DNA of 64,000 bases from NCBI RefSeq assembly GCF_009914755.1, contig NC_060925.1; one strand, 5' to 3'. Made by a program: the position numbers and the translations under genes. Within the stretch, counting starts at the first letter, position 1, and every line of letters begins with the position of its first letter. The notes beneath the pieces are model-generated. The model saw only the letters and a list, made by a program, of their open reading frames with translations. It made no database searches and had not been told where the DNA came from. This DNA is from the human T2T-CHM13v2.0 reference genome, Homo sapiens. This document shows, piece after piece, positions 11,972-41,661 of the stretch.

Positions 11972-12308
11972 GTAAGACTGGAGGTTGGAAGTGTAGGTAG
12001 GTGGTTCTTGAGCCTAGAGGTTAGGGGAGAGGAAATTTTGAGGATAGCAGACCTAGGTGAGGGATTGTAGGAAGAAATGTATAGGGTAATTTAAAGAATA
12101 GTGGAGTAAGACCTAAGGGATACATGGATACTAGAGATTTAAGGGGAAATGAGGAATCCTTCCTTGAGTAAGTTTTGGAATAGAGTGACTGAAATAGGAT
12201 AACTGATGCAACTCATCCAATGCATATGTTAAGTAAGGAAATCAATAGATGGAATAGAATCAGCAGTGAGTTTAAAATGGCATCCATGTATCTTTCCAAT
12301 ATGTGCAG

Positions 12309-12399
12309 GACACCACTTTTCCATGAATTGGATTGCCTTGGTAGTGATAGTGCCCTTGGTGATTCTAATAGTCCTTGTGTTATGGTTTAAGAAGCACTG
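12309..12399 (+). CDS. CD1C: CD1c exon 5 (transmembrane)
   Basis: TGCAG acceptor; encodes (G)HHFSMNWIALVVIVPLVILIVLVLWFKKH; donor GTGAGT at 12400. Confidence 0.95.
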
Positions 12400-12551
12400 G
12401 TGAGTTTTTTGTATTTCCTCCTCTCCTCCCAGTTTCTTATTTCACATTCCATTTTTCACTCTCTTAGCTTTTCTCTATTGACTACTCCACCTTATCCTCA
12501 GTTACCACCTCCAACTTATTCAGGGTTTCTCCCATTCCTGTTCCTTCACAG

Positions 12552-12573
12552 CTCATATCAGGACATCCTGTGA
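12552..12573 (+). CDS. CD1C: CD1c exon 6 (cytoplasmic tail with YQDI sorting motif)
   Basis: CACAG acceptor; encodes (C)SYQDIL then TGA. Exon sum 61+267+282+279+91+22=1002 nt, i.e. 333 aa plus stop. Confidence 0.95.
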
Positions 12574-12687
12574 GACTCTTCCCCCTGACTCCCCCATTGT
12601 GTTAAGAACCCAGCAACCCAGGAGCCTAGTACAATATAGTGATGCCATCCCGTCGACTCTCCATTTAAATTGTTTCTCTTTCTGCAT

Positions 12688-12707
12688 AATAAACATTTGT
12701 TAATAAA
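12688..12707 (+). terminator. CD1C tandem polyadenylation signals
   Basis: AATAAA at 12688-12693 and 12702-12707, followed by T/GT-rich sequence. Confidence 0.8.
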
Positions 12708-13589
12708 AACCAAATTCTAATTTGGAATGTTTTTCTTGGAATCTCCACTTTTTATATAGCACTCAACCTTCAAAGCCCATTTCTGATGTCATTTCCTCCA
12801 ACGATCTTCCTTGACCCATACTGAACCCAGAGAGCCCCTCAACTGTTATGTGCATGCAACACTTCCTACCCTGTGTTGCAGCTACTTGAGTCTTTCATTT
12901 CACATTTTTAAGCTTTTAGGAGGCAAGGATCATGATAAATGTGCCTTTCCTGCATATGATAGGCTCAGTGAAACACAAAACAAAACATCATATCTAAGTT
13001 GGATTAACTGTCATGTTGACAATTTTTCTCATTATATTCCTTCCCAATGTTGTTGTAGCATTGGAAATATTCATGCTTCTCTTTTTGTTTAAATGCTTCA
13101 TACCTAGCAGATAAATTCCACTCTCCTTTAGCTCCCTCATTTTCTCCTTAAACATTTAAGGAAAAGTGCAGCCTTGTGCCTTGATACACTTATTTTCTAA
13201 ACACAGAGAATTACAAATGCAAATAGACAGAGAGTGTGCAAGTTACATGTGATGATCAGTGGTGCAGATATGTCACAGAATACTTAAGAAAAGGAACAAG
13301 AGATTTGGTCCTCAGGGTTGGAGTGGGATCAAGGCAACCGTTGTGCTGTATATGGAAGACAAATTTCCTAAAGGACTGTGTTATCTGAGATAGCCTTGGC
13401 TAAACTTTAGTCCCTTTAGGTTTCATTCACTAATTCAACTAATATTTTTTGGGTACTGAGTTGAGACAGGCACATACAGCTTCTAAACTGGTGGTGGATA
13501 AAACAAATGAGATTGTGTCCACTCTCCTGAAGTTGCAATGTTTGCTTCCTCAATCTGTCCATGTTTCTTTTCTATTGTTTTCATGTTTT

Positions 13590-13990
13590 TATTTATTTCA
13601 AAAAATTTTAAATAGATTTTATTGATGTATAATTTATAGTAAAATTTGAATCTTTAAGTGTACAGTTCTATTTATTTTGATAATTATATAAGCCCATGTA
13701 AACAAAATCACAATCAAGATATTAAATGTCATAACCCCTCATACCTGTTTGTAGTCAAGCACACCAACAACCTGGCATTCTTGCAACTACTGATATACTT
13801 TATGTCACTTAAGCTTAAACTTGTATTTTCTATGATTTTATTAAGATGGAAATAAACATATCTACTTGGTATTGCCTTTTATTTTTCTTCAGTTTAGCAT
13901 ATGGTTGTAAGTAATCCATGCTGCTCAGTGTATTAGTAACCATTCCTTTTCATTGCTGAATAGAATTCCATGTATGAATATAACTTTTTT
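13590..13990 (-). mobile_element. Old L1M 3'-end fragment
   Basis: TTTATTGATGTATAAT...TTTAAGTGTACAGTTC and TTCATTGCTGAATAGAATTCCATG L1M motifs. Confidence 0.55.
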
Positions 13991-16761
13991 TGGAGGAGGA
14001 GGTGGCTTCCCAGATCTGGCAGGGCCTTTGTCTCCTTGTGCCCACTCACCCAGCTTGGGTCCTGCTTCCATTGCTCATTTCCTTGGCACCAGGAGGCCCT
14101 AGGTGACTCTCCTGCACCCTTAGTCACCCTGTGACCTGCAGATACAGAGAGATCAATAGAGAGGATTCTAGGACACCCAGGAAACTGGGAAATAAAGCCA
14201 AAAATATATAAAATTAAACTTATTTTTGGGAGAAGAGACAAGATGGCTGACTAGATGCAGCCAGGAAGAGCTTCTCCCACCAAGAGACAAGACCATCAAG
14301 AAGAGCAGTATACTCTGAGAAGATCATTGGAAAGAAGGCATTGAGAGTGGATGGAGGGAGAATGCAGACCCTGGGCTGAAGGGGGGAAGAAGCTGCGAAC
14401 CCTACACAGGGTTGCCAAACACTAGGACTTATTCTTGGTCCTCAGTGGCTTCTAGGGAAGGGGTTGGTTAAATAGGCATGAAGTGGCCCACTCTATCCAT
14501 GAACCTCTGGAATCCTAGCTGCAGGAGACCCCCACGACCCACACAGACATTTGAGTTGGCAGGGAAAGCTACTTGCAGAGTTGGCAGGGACAGGACTCCA
14601 GCTTCTATGGAACCCAGAGGGTTTGGTGTGAGAACAGCTACAGTGGAGCATGGTTAGGGATGTCCATTACCCGAGGATTGGCATGCTCCTCTAGGTGGCT
14701 TTGACCCCTTTGTTGACTATCAGACCTGGACAGAATAGGGCTACCATGATATTTGGATGGGGCTAGACTGATCTGAGCCCCCCACCCCATGTCTGCTGGC
14801 CTCTCCCAGGATCCCTGCCTGTCTGTACCTGCTTGCAGCACAGCCTCAGATGTTCAACTGAGGCAGTTCTCAGAGACCACTGCCATAGGTCTTTCACTGG
14901 CTGACCCCACCAAACCACCAAATAGCTTCTGTCACTGGCCTCACATCAGCATGCACCTGCCTTCAGCACCCACAACTGCTTTGCTGGCATACATACACAG
15001 ACATCACTGCCTTGCTACCACTTCTGTGCACATATGCATGGAGACCTCACCACTGCTGCACTGTCCCCACTAGCCTACATGCGTGCATGTACCCTGCCAC
15101 ACTACCATCCCTGGTGTACATGTGCATGGACCTTCTACCCTGCTGCCCCACCACCACCAGCATGTGAGTGAGTGTGGACCCCACCATGCCACTGCCCCAC
15201 TGCTGCCAGTACATGCATGTGAGAGCAGACCCCCACCGCCACTGCCCTTATGAAATGCTTTTCTGGGACCCCCCCACCCTGCCCACCATAGGAGTGTTGT
15301 TGCTAGTGGACTGGGAGCACCTTGGCCCCCTCCAGTGAAGCAGGTGCTCAGTCTCAAGGGGCCAAAGAACAAGGTTCTGGGCCTGGTCCCAGGCCCTCAG
15401 TCTTAGAGCATATAGCCCAGGAGTGCTGAGCTGAGCCATGGCCCCCTGAAATCATCAAGAAATAAAGCTAGCTCACTGACCCAAACCTATACCATAGTCA
15501 AAGCCTCAAGGGCATCAAAGAATATAAAAGCAAAAGGCCCCATCAAAAGGACAGCAACTTTAAACGTTTAAGGAACATCAGCCCACATAGATGAGAAAGA
15601 ACCCGTGGAAGAACTCAGGCAGCTCTAAAAGTCAGAGTGTCTTCTTACTTCCAAATGAACACACTAGCTCCCCAACAATCTTTCCTAACCAGACTAAAAT
15701 GGCTGAGATAATAGACATAGATTTTAGAATCTGGATGGCAATGAAAATCATGAGATTCAGGAGAAAGTTGAAATGGAATCCAAAGAATTTAAGGAATCCA
15801 GTAAAATAATACAATAACTGAAAGACAAAATAGCCATTTTAAGAAAGAACTAAGCTGATTTGACAGAGCTAAAAAATTCACTAAAGAATTTTATAATACA
15901 ATTGGAAGTATTAAAGGCAGAATAGACCACACTGAGGGAAGAATCTCAGAGCTCAAAGACCAGTTCTTCTAATTAACTCAGTCACACAAAATAAAGAAAA
16001 AATAATACAGAAGGATGAACAAAATCTCTGAGAAATATGAGGTTATGTAAAGAGACCAAACCTGTACTCACTGATGTCCCTGAAAGAGAGAGAGAGAGAG
16101 TGTGCAAACAATTGAAAACATATATGAGGATATTGTCCATGACAATTTTCTCAACTTCACTATAGAGGTCAACATTCAAATTCAAGAAATTCAGAGAACT
16201 CCTGAGAGATACTACACTAGAAAACCATCCTCAAGATACACAATAATAAGATTATCCAAGGTCAATGTGAAAGAAAAAAATACTAAAGGCAACCAGAGAG
16301 GAGGAGCAGGTCACCTACAAAGGGACCCCAATCAAGCTAACAGCATACCTTTCAGCAGAAACCTTAGAAGCCAGAAGACATTGAGGGCCTATATTCAGCA
16401 TTGTTAAAGAAAAGAAATTCTGACCCAAAATTTCATATCCAGCCCAAGTAAGATTTATATGTTAAAGAGAAATTCAGCAAAGCAAATGCTAAGGAAATTT
16501 ATTACCACCAGACCTGCCTTATAAGAAGTCATTAAGGGAGTGCTAAACATGGAAATAAAAGACTCTTACCAGCCACCACATAAATGCACTTAAGTAAACA
16601 GACCAGTGACACTATAAAGGAACTACACAATTAAGTCTACATAACAACCAGCTAACAATAATGACAAAATCAACTTCTCACTTATCAATATTTACCTTGA
16701 AGGTAAATGAGCTAAACACCCCAAGACACAGAGTGGCAAGTTGAATAAAGAAACAAGACCC

Positions 16762-17060
16762 TGGCTCATGCCTGTAATCCTAACACTTTGAGGCTAAGGC
16801 AGGCCGATTGCTTGATCCTATGAGTTTGAGACCAACCTAGGCAACATGGAAAAACCCCATTTCTACAAAAAAACCAAGAAAATTAGCTAAGAATGGTGGC
16901 ACATGCCTGTAGTCCCAGCTACTGAGGAGGCTGAGGTAGGAGGATCACCCAAGCCTGGGGAGGTGGAGGCTGCAGTAAGTTGTGATCATGCCACTGCACT
17001 TCGGCCTAAGTAACAGAGTGAGACCCTGTCTCACGTTAAAAAAGACAAAAAAAAAAAAAA
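16762..17060 (+). mobile_element. AluJ nested in host L1 ORF2
   Basis: Forward Alu with A tail; TSD AAACAAGACCC on both sides. Confidence 0.9.
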
Positions 17061-17380
17061 TAAACAAGACCCACCTGTAAGTTATCTTCAAGAGACCCAT
17101 CTCACATGCAAGGACACCCATAGGCCAAAACTAAAGGATGGCAAAAAATCTGTCAAGCATACAGGAAAGAAAAAAGAGCAGGGGTTGCTATTTTTATTTC
17201 AGACAAAATAAACTTTAAACCAACAACTGTCAAAAAGGACATAGAAAAACATTATTTAATGATAGAGGGTTGAATTTAATAAGAAGACTTAGCTATCCTC
17301 AATATATATGCACCCAACACAGGAGCACACAGGTTCATAAAACAAGTACTTAGAGACCCACAAAGAAGCTTATGTTATCA

Positions 17381-21140
<3,760 letters not shown>

Positions 21141-23051
21141 AGTCGCAATTTTCAACACATTCAAAAAAACCAAAATCATACCAACCACACTCTTGCACCA
21201 CAGCACAACAAAAATAGAAATCAAGATCAAGAAGAGCTCTGAAAAACTATACAATTAAATAGCAATTAAACAATTTCTGGTCCTGAAAGACTTTTGGGTA
21301 AACAACGAAGTCAGAAATCAGGAAATTGTTCTAACAAATGAAAACAAAGATACTACATGCCAGAGTCTCTGAGACACAGCTAAAACAGAGTTAAGAGGAA
21401 AGTTTATAGCACTAAATGCCCACATCAAAAAGTTAGAAAGATCTCAAATTAGTAACATAATCTCACATCTAAAGGAACTAGAAAAATAAGGAAAAAAAAC
21501 CTAAAGCTAGCAGAAGACAAGAAATAACCAAAATCAGAGCTGAACTAAATAAAACTGAGAACTGAAAACTATATAGAAGATAAACAAAAAAATTGGTAAT
21601 TTGAAGGAATAAATAAAATTGGTAGACCACAGACTAGAATAATAAAGGAGAAAAAGATGAGAAAATCCACATAAACCCAATCAGAAATGACAAAGGGGGC
21701 ATTGCCACCAACCTCATAGAAATACAAAAACCACTCAGATACTGTTATGAACACCTCTATGCACGTAAACTATGAAACCTAGAAGAAATGGAAAAATTCT
21801 TGAAAATATACATTCCCAAAATTGAACCAGGAAGAAATTGAAACCCTGAACAGATCAATAATGAGTTCCAGAGTTGAATCAGTAATAAAAAGGTTGCCAA
21901 TCAGAAAAAGCCTTGGAACAGAGAGATCCATGGCTGAATTCTAACAGGTATATAAAGAAAAGCTGGTATCAATTCTTTGAAAACTATTCCAAAAATTGAG
22001 GGGGAGTGATTATTCCCTAACTAATTCTATGAGATAAGTATCATTGTGATACCAAAACCTGGTAGAGACACAATAAAAAAAGAAAACATTAGCTAATTTT
22101 CCTGAAGAATATATATGCAAAAATCCTCAACAAAATATTAGCAAAGCAAATCCAGGATCATATCAAAAAGCTAATCTGCTATTATCAAATGGGCTTCATC
22201 CCTGGGACTCAAGGTTGGTTCAACATACAGAAATCAGTAAATGATTCATCACATAAGCAGAACTAAAAACAAAAAACACATGATTATCTCAACAGATGCA
22301 GAACAGTCTTTTGATAAAATTCCACATCTCTTCAGGTTAAAAACCCTTAAGAAACTAGGCATTAAAGGAACACACCTCAAAACAATTAGAGGCATCTATG
22401 ACAAACCCACAGCCAACAACGTACTGAATAAACAAAAGCTTGAAGCATTCCCTTTGAAAACTAGAACAAGGCAATGATGTCCACTCTTACCACTGCTATT
22501 CAACATAATACTGGAAGTCCTAGCCAGAGCAATCAGGGAAGAGAAAGGCATTCAAATAAAAAGAGAGGAAGTTAAATTATCTCTTTCTTCAGACAATATG
22601 AATCTATACCTAGAAAACCCCATAGTCTCTGTGCAAAGGGTTCTAAATCTGATAAACAATTTTAGTTAATCTTCAAGGTATAAAATCAATGTACAAGAAT
22701 CAGTAGCTTCTCTATATATCAATAAAGTCCAGACCGAGAGCTAAATCAAGAACACAATCACATTCACTATAATCACAAAAAGAATAAAATGCTTAGGAAT
22801 ATAGCTAACCAAGAAAGTGAAAGATCTCTACAACAAGAATTATAAAGCACTGCTAAAAAATCAGAGATTATACAACTGAATGTAAAAATATTTCATGCTC
22901 ATGGATTGAAAGAATTAATGTTGTTAAAATTATCATATTGCTGAAAGCAATTCAGAGACTCAGTGCTACTCCTATCAAAGTACCAATGACATTTTTTCAT
23001 AGAATTTGAAAAAACTATTCTAAAATTCATACAGAATCAAAAAAGAGTCTG

Positions 23052-29085
<6,034 letters not shown>

Positions 29086-31232
29086 AAAAAAGAGTCTGAA
29101 CACCCAAAGCAATCTTAAGCAAAAAGAACAAAGCTGGAAGCACCACACTATCTGACTTCAAACTATAGTACAAGGCTACAGTAACCAAAACAGCATGGTA
29201 CTAGTAGAAAAACAAACACATAGATAAATGAACAGGTTAGAGAACCCAGAAATAAATCTGCACACCTTACAACCATCTGATCTTTGACAATGTCAACAGT
29301 AAGAAGCAATGGGGTGAAGACTTCCTATTCAATAAATGGTGTTGTGCTAACTGGCTAGCCATATGCAGAATATTGAAAATTTACATCTTCCTTTCACCAC
29401 ATACAAAAGTTAATTCAAGATGGATTAAAGACTTAAATGTAAAACCTAAAACTACAGAAATCTTGGAAGAAAACCTGTGAAATTCCATTCTGGACATAGG
29501 CCCTGGCAAGGATTTCATGATGAAGACTTCAAAAGAAACTGCAATGTAAACAAAAATTAAATGGAACTTAATTAAACTAAAGAGTTTCTGCACAGCAAAC
29601 AAAATTGTCAACAGAATAAACAGACAACTTACAGAATGGAAGAAAATACTTGCAAACTATGTGTATGACAAAGATCTAATACCCAGCATCTATAAGGAAC
29701 TTAAATTAACAAGCAAAAAACCACAACCTCCTTAAAAAATAGGCAAAGAATATCAACAGACACTTCTCAAAAGAAGACATATACATAGCCAACAAGCATA
29801 TTTAAAAATTCTCAACATCACTAATCATCAGAGAAATGCAAATCAAAACCACAATGAGATACCATCTCACACCAGTCAGAATGGCTATTATTAAAATGTC
29901 AAAAAAGTAACAGATTCTAGCAAGGTTGCAGAGAAAAGAGAATACTTACACTCTGCTGGTGGGAATGTAAATTAGTTCAGCCACTGTGAAGGGCAGTTTG
30001 GTGATTTCTCAAAGAACTTAAAACAGAACTTAAAAACTACCTATGGGTACTATGCTCATTACCTGTGTGACGAAACATTCTGTACACCAAGCCCCCACAA
30101 CATGCAATTTACCCATGTAACAAACCTTCAAATGTAGCTGCCGAACCTAAAATAAGAGGTGGAAAAAAATAATTTTTAAAAATCTATCTGGTCTTTAATG
30201 GGTATGTAGTATATTTTTAGTTTGAGACTTTTTAAATAAAATCTATTTTTGTTTGTTTTGTTTTTAATGTGTTTTTTGTTTGTTTGCTTTTGTTTAGTTA
30301 CCTGCTTAGACTAATTCAAACTGGGGTGAAGTGATATCTCATTGTGGTTTTGATTTGCATTTCCCTACTGATTAGTCATGTTGAGCATATTATATTTACC
30401 TATTGGTCATTCGTATGTCTTCTTTTCAGAGTTGTCTAATCAGGTCTTTTGCCCTTTAAAATTTAAATAACTTACTTTTTTGCCATTGAGCTCTTTGAGT
30501 TCCTTATATATTCTGGATCTTAATCCCTTTGGATACGTAGTTTGCAGATATTTTCTACCATTCTGTAGCTTATTTCCTTTGCTGTGCAGAGCTTGTTAGT
30601 TAGATAAAATTTCATTTGTCTATTTTGTTTTGTATTACCAGTGCTTTTGAGGTCTTATCGAAAATCTTTTCCCAGACCAACATGAAGCATTCCCCTATAT
30701 TTTCTTCTTGTAGTTTCACAATTTTGGGTCTTACATTTAAGTCTTTAACCCATCTTCATTTGATTTTGTATATGGTGAGATATAGGGCTCTAGTTTTGTT
30801 CTTCTGCATATGGATATTCAGTTTTCCCAGCACTATTTATTGAAGAGACTGTTCTGTCCCCAATGTGTGTCTTGGCACTTTTGTTAAAAATAGGTTGGCT
30901 GTAAAGGCATGGATTTATTTCTGGGTTATATATTCTGTTCCGCTGATCTATGTATCTGTTTTTATACCAGTACCATGCTGTTTTGGTTACTATAGTTTTG
31001 TAGTATATTTTGAAATCAGGTAGTGTGATTTCTACAGATTTGCCCTTTTTGCTCAAGATTACTTTGGCTTTTGGGGTCTTTGATGGTTCAATATTAATTT
31101 AGAATCATCTTTTCTATTTCTATGAAGTATGTCATTGGTATTTTGATAGAGATTACATTGAATCTGTAGATTGCTTTGGGTAGTATGGGCATTTTAACAA
31201 TGCCAATTATTTCAATCTGTGAACATAAAATA

Positions 31233-31590
31233 CGATATGATTTGGCCCTGTGTCCCCACCCAAATCTCATCTTGTAGCCACCATAATTCCCATATGTTGT
31301 GGGAGGGACCTAGTGGGAGATAATTGAATCATGGGGACAAGTCTTTCCTGTGCTGTTCTCATGTTAGTGAATGAGTCTCATGAGATATGATAGTTTTAAA
31401 AACAGTAGTTTCCATGCACAAACTCTCTTCTCTCTTGCTGCTGCTGTGAAAGAAGTGCCTTTTACCTTCTGCCATGACTGTGAGGCCACCCCAGCTACGT
31501 GGAACTGTGAGTCCAAATAAACCTCTTTCTTTTGTAAATTATCTAGTCTCAGATATGTCTTTATTAGCAGGACGAAAATGAACTAGTACA
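31233..31590. mobile_element. THE1-type MaLR solo LTR
   Basis: GATATGATTTGG...CCCCACCCAAATCTCATC...ACTAGTACA, 358 bp; 5-bp TSD AAATA at 31228-31232 and 31591-31595. Confidence 0.88.
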
Positions 31591-32407
31591 AAATACCTTT
31601 CCAATAATTTTTGTCCTTTTCAATTTCTTTCATCAGTGTTTTATAGATTTTTTTGTAGAGTTTTTACCTCCTTTGTTACATTTATTCTTAAGTATCTTAT
31701 ATTTTGTAGCTATTGTACATGGAATTGTTTTCTTGATTTATTTTTCAGATATTTTGATGTTGGTGAAGGAAATATTACTGCTTTTTGTATATGCATTTAA
31801 TATCCTGAAATTTTACTGAATTTATTAGTGCTCATGGCTTTTTGATGAAGTAATTAGTATTTTCTGTATATAAAGTTGTGATCTCCACAAACAGGGATAA
31901 TTTGACTTCCTTCTTTTTAATTGTATGCCCCGTATTTCTTTCTCTTGCCTAATTACCCTGGCTAGGAGTTCCAGTACAATGTTGACTAGAAGTAGTGAAA
32001 GTGGACATCTTTGCTTAGTTCCAGATTTTAGAGAAATTTCTTTCATCTTTTCCCCATTTTGTTTTATATTAGCTGTGGGTTTCTCATATGTGGCTTTTAT
32101 TGTGTTTAGGTACGTTCCTTATATACCTAATTTATTGATAACTTTTATCATAGTGGGATGTTGAATTCTATCAAATGCTTTCTCTGTTTCTATTGAAATG
32201 ATTACGTGCTTTTGTCCTTTATTCTATTAATGTGATGCAGTACATTTATTAATCTGAATACTTTGAATCATCCTTGCATCCCTGGAATGAATGCCACTTG
32301 ATTTTAAAGGCTGGTCTTTTAAGTATTCTGTTAAATTTAGTTTGCTAGCATTTTCTTGAGGATTTTTGCATGCGTTTCATTAGGGATATTGGCCTGTAGT
32401 TTTTCCT

Positions 32408-32705
32408 ATTTTATTTTATTTTTTTGAGAAAGTGTCTCACTCTGTCACCCAAGCTGGAGTGCAGTGGCACAATCACATCTCACCACAGCCTCAACCTCCT
32501 GGGCTTGGGTGATCCTCCAACCTCAGCCTCCTGAGTAGCTAGGACTACAGGCGCCCACCACCATTTTTGGCTAATATTTGTACTTTTTTTAGAGACAAGG
32601 TTTCATCATGTTGACAGGCTGGTCTTGAACTCCTGGGCTCAAGTGATCCACCCTCCTTGGCTTCCCAAAGTGCTAGGATTACAGGCATGAGCAACCACTT
32701 CTGTC
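32408..32705 (-). mobile_element. AluJ
   Basis: Divergent reverse Alu. Confidence 0.88.
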
Positions 32706-33184
32706 CTGTAATTTTCTTTTTTGTTTTTGTTGTGTCATCTAGTTTTTATATCGGGCTAATGAATGCTAGTCTCAAATAATAAGTCTGGACAAATTTACTC
32801 TCATTCAGTTTTTTTGGGGGCAGTTTGAGAAGAACAGGCATTAGTTATTTTTAAAATATTTGGTAGAATTCAGCAGTGAGGTCATCAGCTCCTGTGCTTT
32901 CTTTAATGGGAGACTTTAAACTATTGTTTCAATCTTGTTACTCATTATTGGCCTGTTTGAATTTTCTGTTTCTTCATGATTCAATCTTGTGGTTGTATGA
33001 GTCCAGGCATTTACCTATTTCTTCTAAGTTTTACAATTTGTTTTCATATAGTTGTTCATAATGGTCTCTTATGGTCCTTTGTATTTATATTATATTATTT
33101 GTAAAGTCTCCTTTTATATCTATGATTTTATTTTTTTGACTCCTCTTTTTTTCTTAATTTGTCTAGTTAAAAGTTTGTCAGGTT

Positions 33185-33477
<293 letters not shown>

Positions 33478-33733
33478 AAGTGTTTTATATTTTGAAAAAA
33501 CGAAGTCTTCTTTGTTATTCTTTTGTGTTGTTTTTTAAGGCTCTATTTAATTTATTTCTGTTTTTACATTTATCGTTGCTTCTCTTCTACTAGTTTTGGC
33601 TTGATGTTGTTCTTGTTTTTCTAGTTCCTTGAGCAACATGAGGTTATCTGAAATCTTTCTACTTTTTAAATGTAAGCCTTTATTGCTGTAGACTTCCCTC
33701 TTAGAAATGCTTTTGCTGTATTCCATAGGTTTT

Positions 33734-39781
<6,048 letters not shown>

Positions 39782-40839
39782 TCCATAGGTTTTTGTGTGT
39801 TGTGTTCCCATTTCCATTTTTTCAAGAAATATTGAAATTTTCTTTTTGATTTTTTTCACTGAACCACTGGTTGTTCAGCTGTATGTTGTCTAATTTCCAT
39901 GTATTTGTAGTTTCCAAAGTTCCTCCTCTTATTGATTTCTAGTTCTATACCATTATTGTTGAAAAAAACATTTTTTGATTTTTAATTTTTTAATATGTTA
40001 AGACTTTTATTGCAGCTTAACATAAGATATATCCTGGAGAATGTTCCATGTACTGTGGAGAAGAATGTATATTCTGCAACTACTGGATAGAATGTTCTTT
40101 AAGCATCTGTTAGGTTCATTTGGTCAGGAGTTCAGTTTAACTCTCATTTTTTGTTGATATTCTGTCTGGATTATCTGTTTATCACTGAAGATAAGATGTT
40201 CAAGTGTTATACTATTGTTGTATTGTACGCTATATCTCCCTGTAGGCCTATTAGCATTTGCTTTATATATTTGTATGTTCAATTGTTGGGTACATGCATA
40301 TTTATAATTGTTATATTCTCTTTCTGTATTTACCCCTGTATCAGTTTTTAATTAGCATATTTGTCTTTTTTTACAGTTTTTTTGGCTTAAAGTCTATTAT
40401 GTCTGATATAAGTATAGCTACTTCTGCTCCATTTTGCTCTCCATTTGCATGGAATATCTTTTTCTATCCCTTCACTTTCAGTCTATTTGTGTTCTTCTGC
40501 GTAAAGTGAGGCTCTTATAGGCAGCATATAGTTGAGTCTTTAAAAAAATCAATTTAGCTACTTTATGTTGTTTAATAGGAAAATTTAATCCATTTACATT
40601 CAAGGTAACTACCAATAGGTAAGGAGGTACTACTGACATTTTGTTACTTCTTTCCTAGTTATTTTGTAGATCCTTCCTTCTTTTCTACCACTCTTGCTAT
40701 ATCCTTTTGTGGTTAAGTGATATTCTCCAACATTATGCTTTGATTCACTGCTGTTTATCTTTAGTGTATCTATTATAGGTTTTTACTTTGTGGTTATCAT
40801 GAGGCTTTGAAATACATATTTTGTTTACATCAAGTTGTT

Positions 40840-41068
40840 TTATTTTATTTTAAATTTCCTACTTTTATTTTAAGTCCAGGGGTACATGTGCAGGATGTAT
40901 AGGCTTATTACATAGGAAAACGTGTGCCATGGTGGTTTACTGCACAGATCATCCCATTACCCAGGTATTAACCCCAGCATCCATTAGCTATTCTTCCTGA
41001 TCTTCTCCCTCCTCTCATCCACCACACTCAGGCCCCAGTGTGTGTTGCTCCCCACCATGTGTCCATGT
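40840..41068 (-). mobile_element. 5'-truncated L1PA 3'-end insertion
   Basis: L1 3'UTR end with T tail; approximate TSD CAAGTTGTTTT / CAAGTTATTTT. Confidence 0.75.
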
Positions 41069-41334
41069 ATAACAAGTTATTTTAAGCTAATAGGAACTTA
41101 ATTTTAATCAGAAAAGAAAGGAAACAAAAATATTGTACACTCTAACTCCTTTCTTCTCAAGTATTTTGAATTTTCATGTCCCAATTTACATCTTTTGTAT
41201 GGTTTATCTTTTAATAAAGTATTTTAGTTATCATTTTTAAGAGCTTTGTATTTTTGTATTCATACTAAAGTTATAAGTGGTTTACATACCATAATTACAA
41301 TGTTAGATATCCCAAATTTATCTGTATTCCTACA

Positions 41335-41661
41335 TTTATTCATTTATTTAAAGGCAGGGTCTTACTCTATCACCCAGGCTGGAGTGCTGTGACTCAATCT
41401 TGGCTCACTGCAACCTCTGCCTCCTAGGCTCAAGGAATTATCCTATTTCAGCCTCTTGAATAGCTGGGACTACAGACACAAGCCACCATGGCTGGCTATT
41501 TATTTTTTTTCTGTTTTTTTTTTTTTGTGTGTGTGTGTTTTCTCGTAAGATGCGGTTTTGCCATGTTGCCCAGGCTGAACTCAAATCCTTGGGTTTAGTC
41601 AATCCACTTGCCTCAGCTTTCTAAAGTGGTGGGGTTACAGCCATGAGCTACCATGCCTGGC
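41335..41661 (-). mobile_element. AluJ
   Basis: Divergent reverse Alu; approximate TSD CTGTATTCCTAC / CTGTATACTTAC. Confidence 0.85.
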
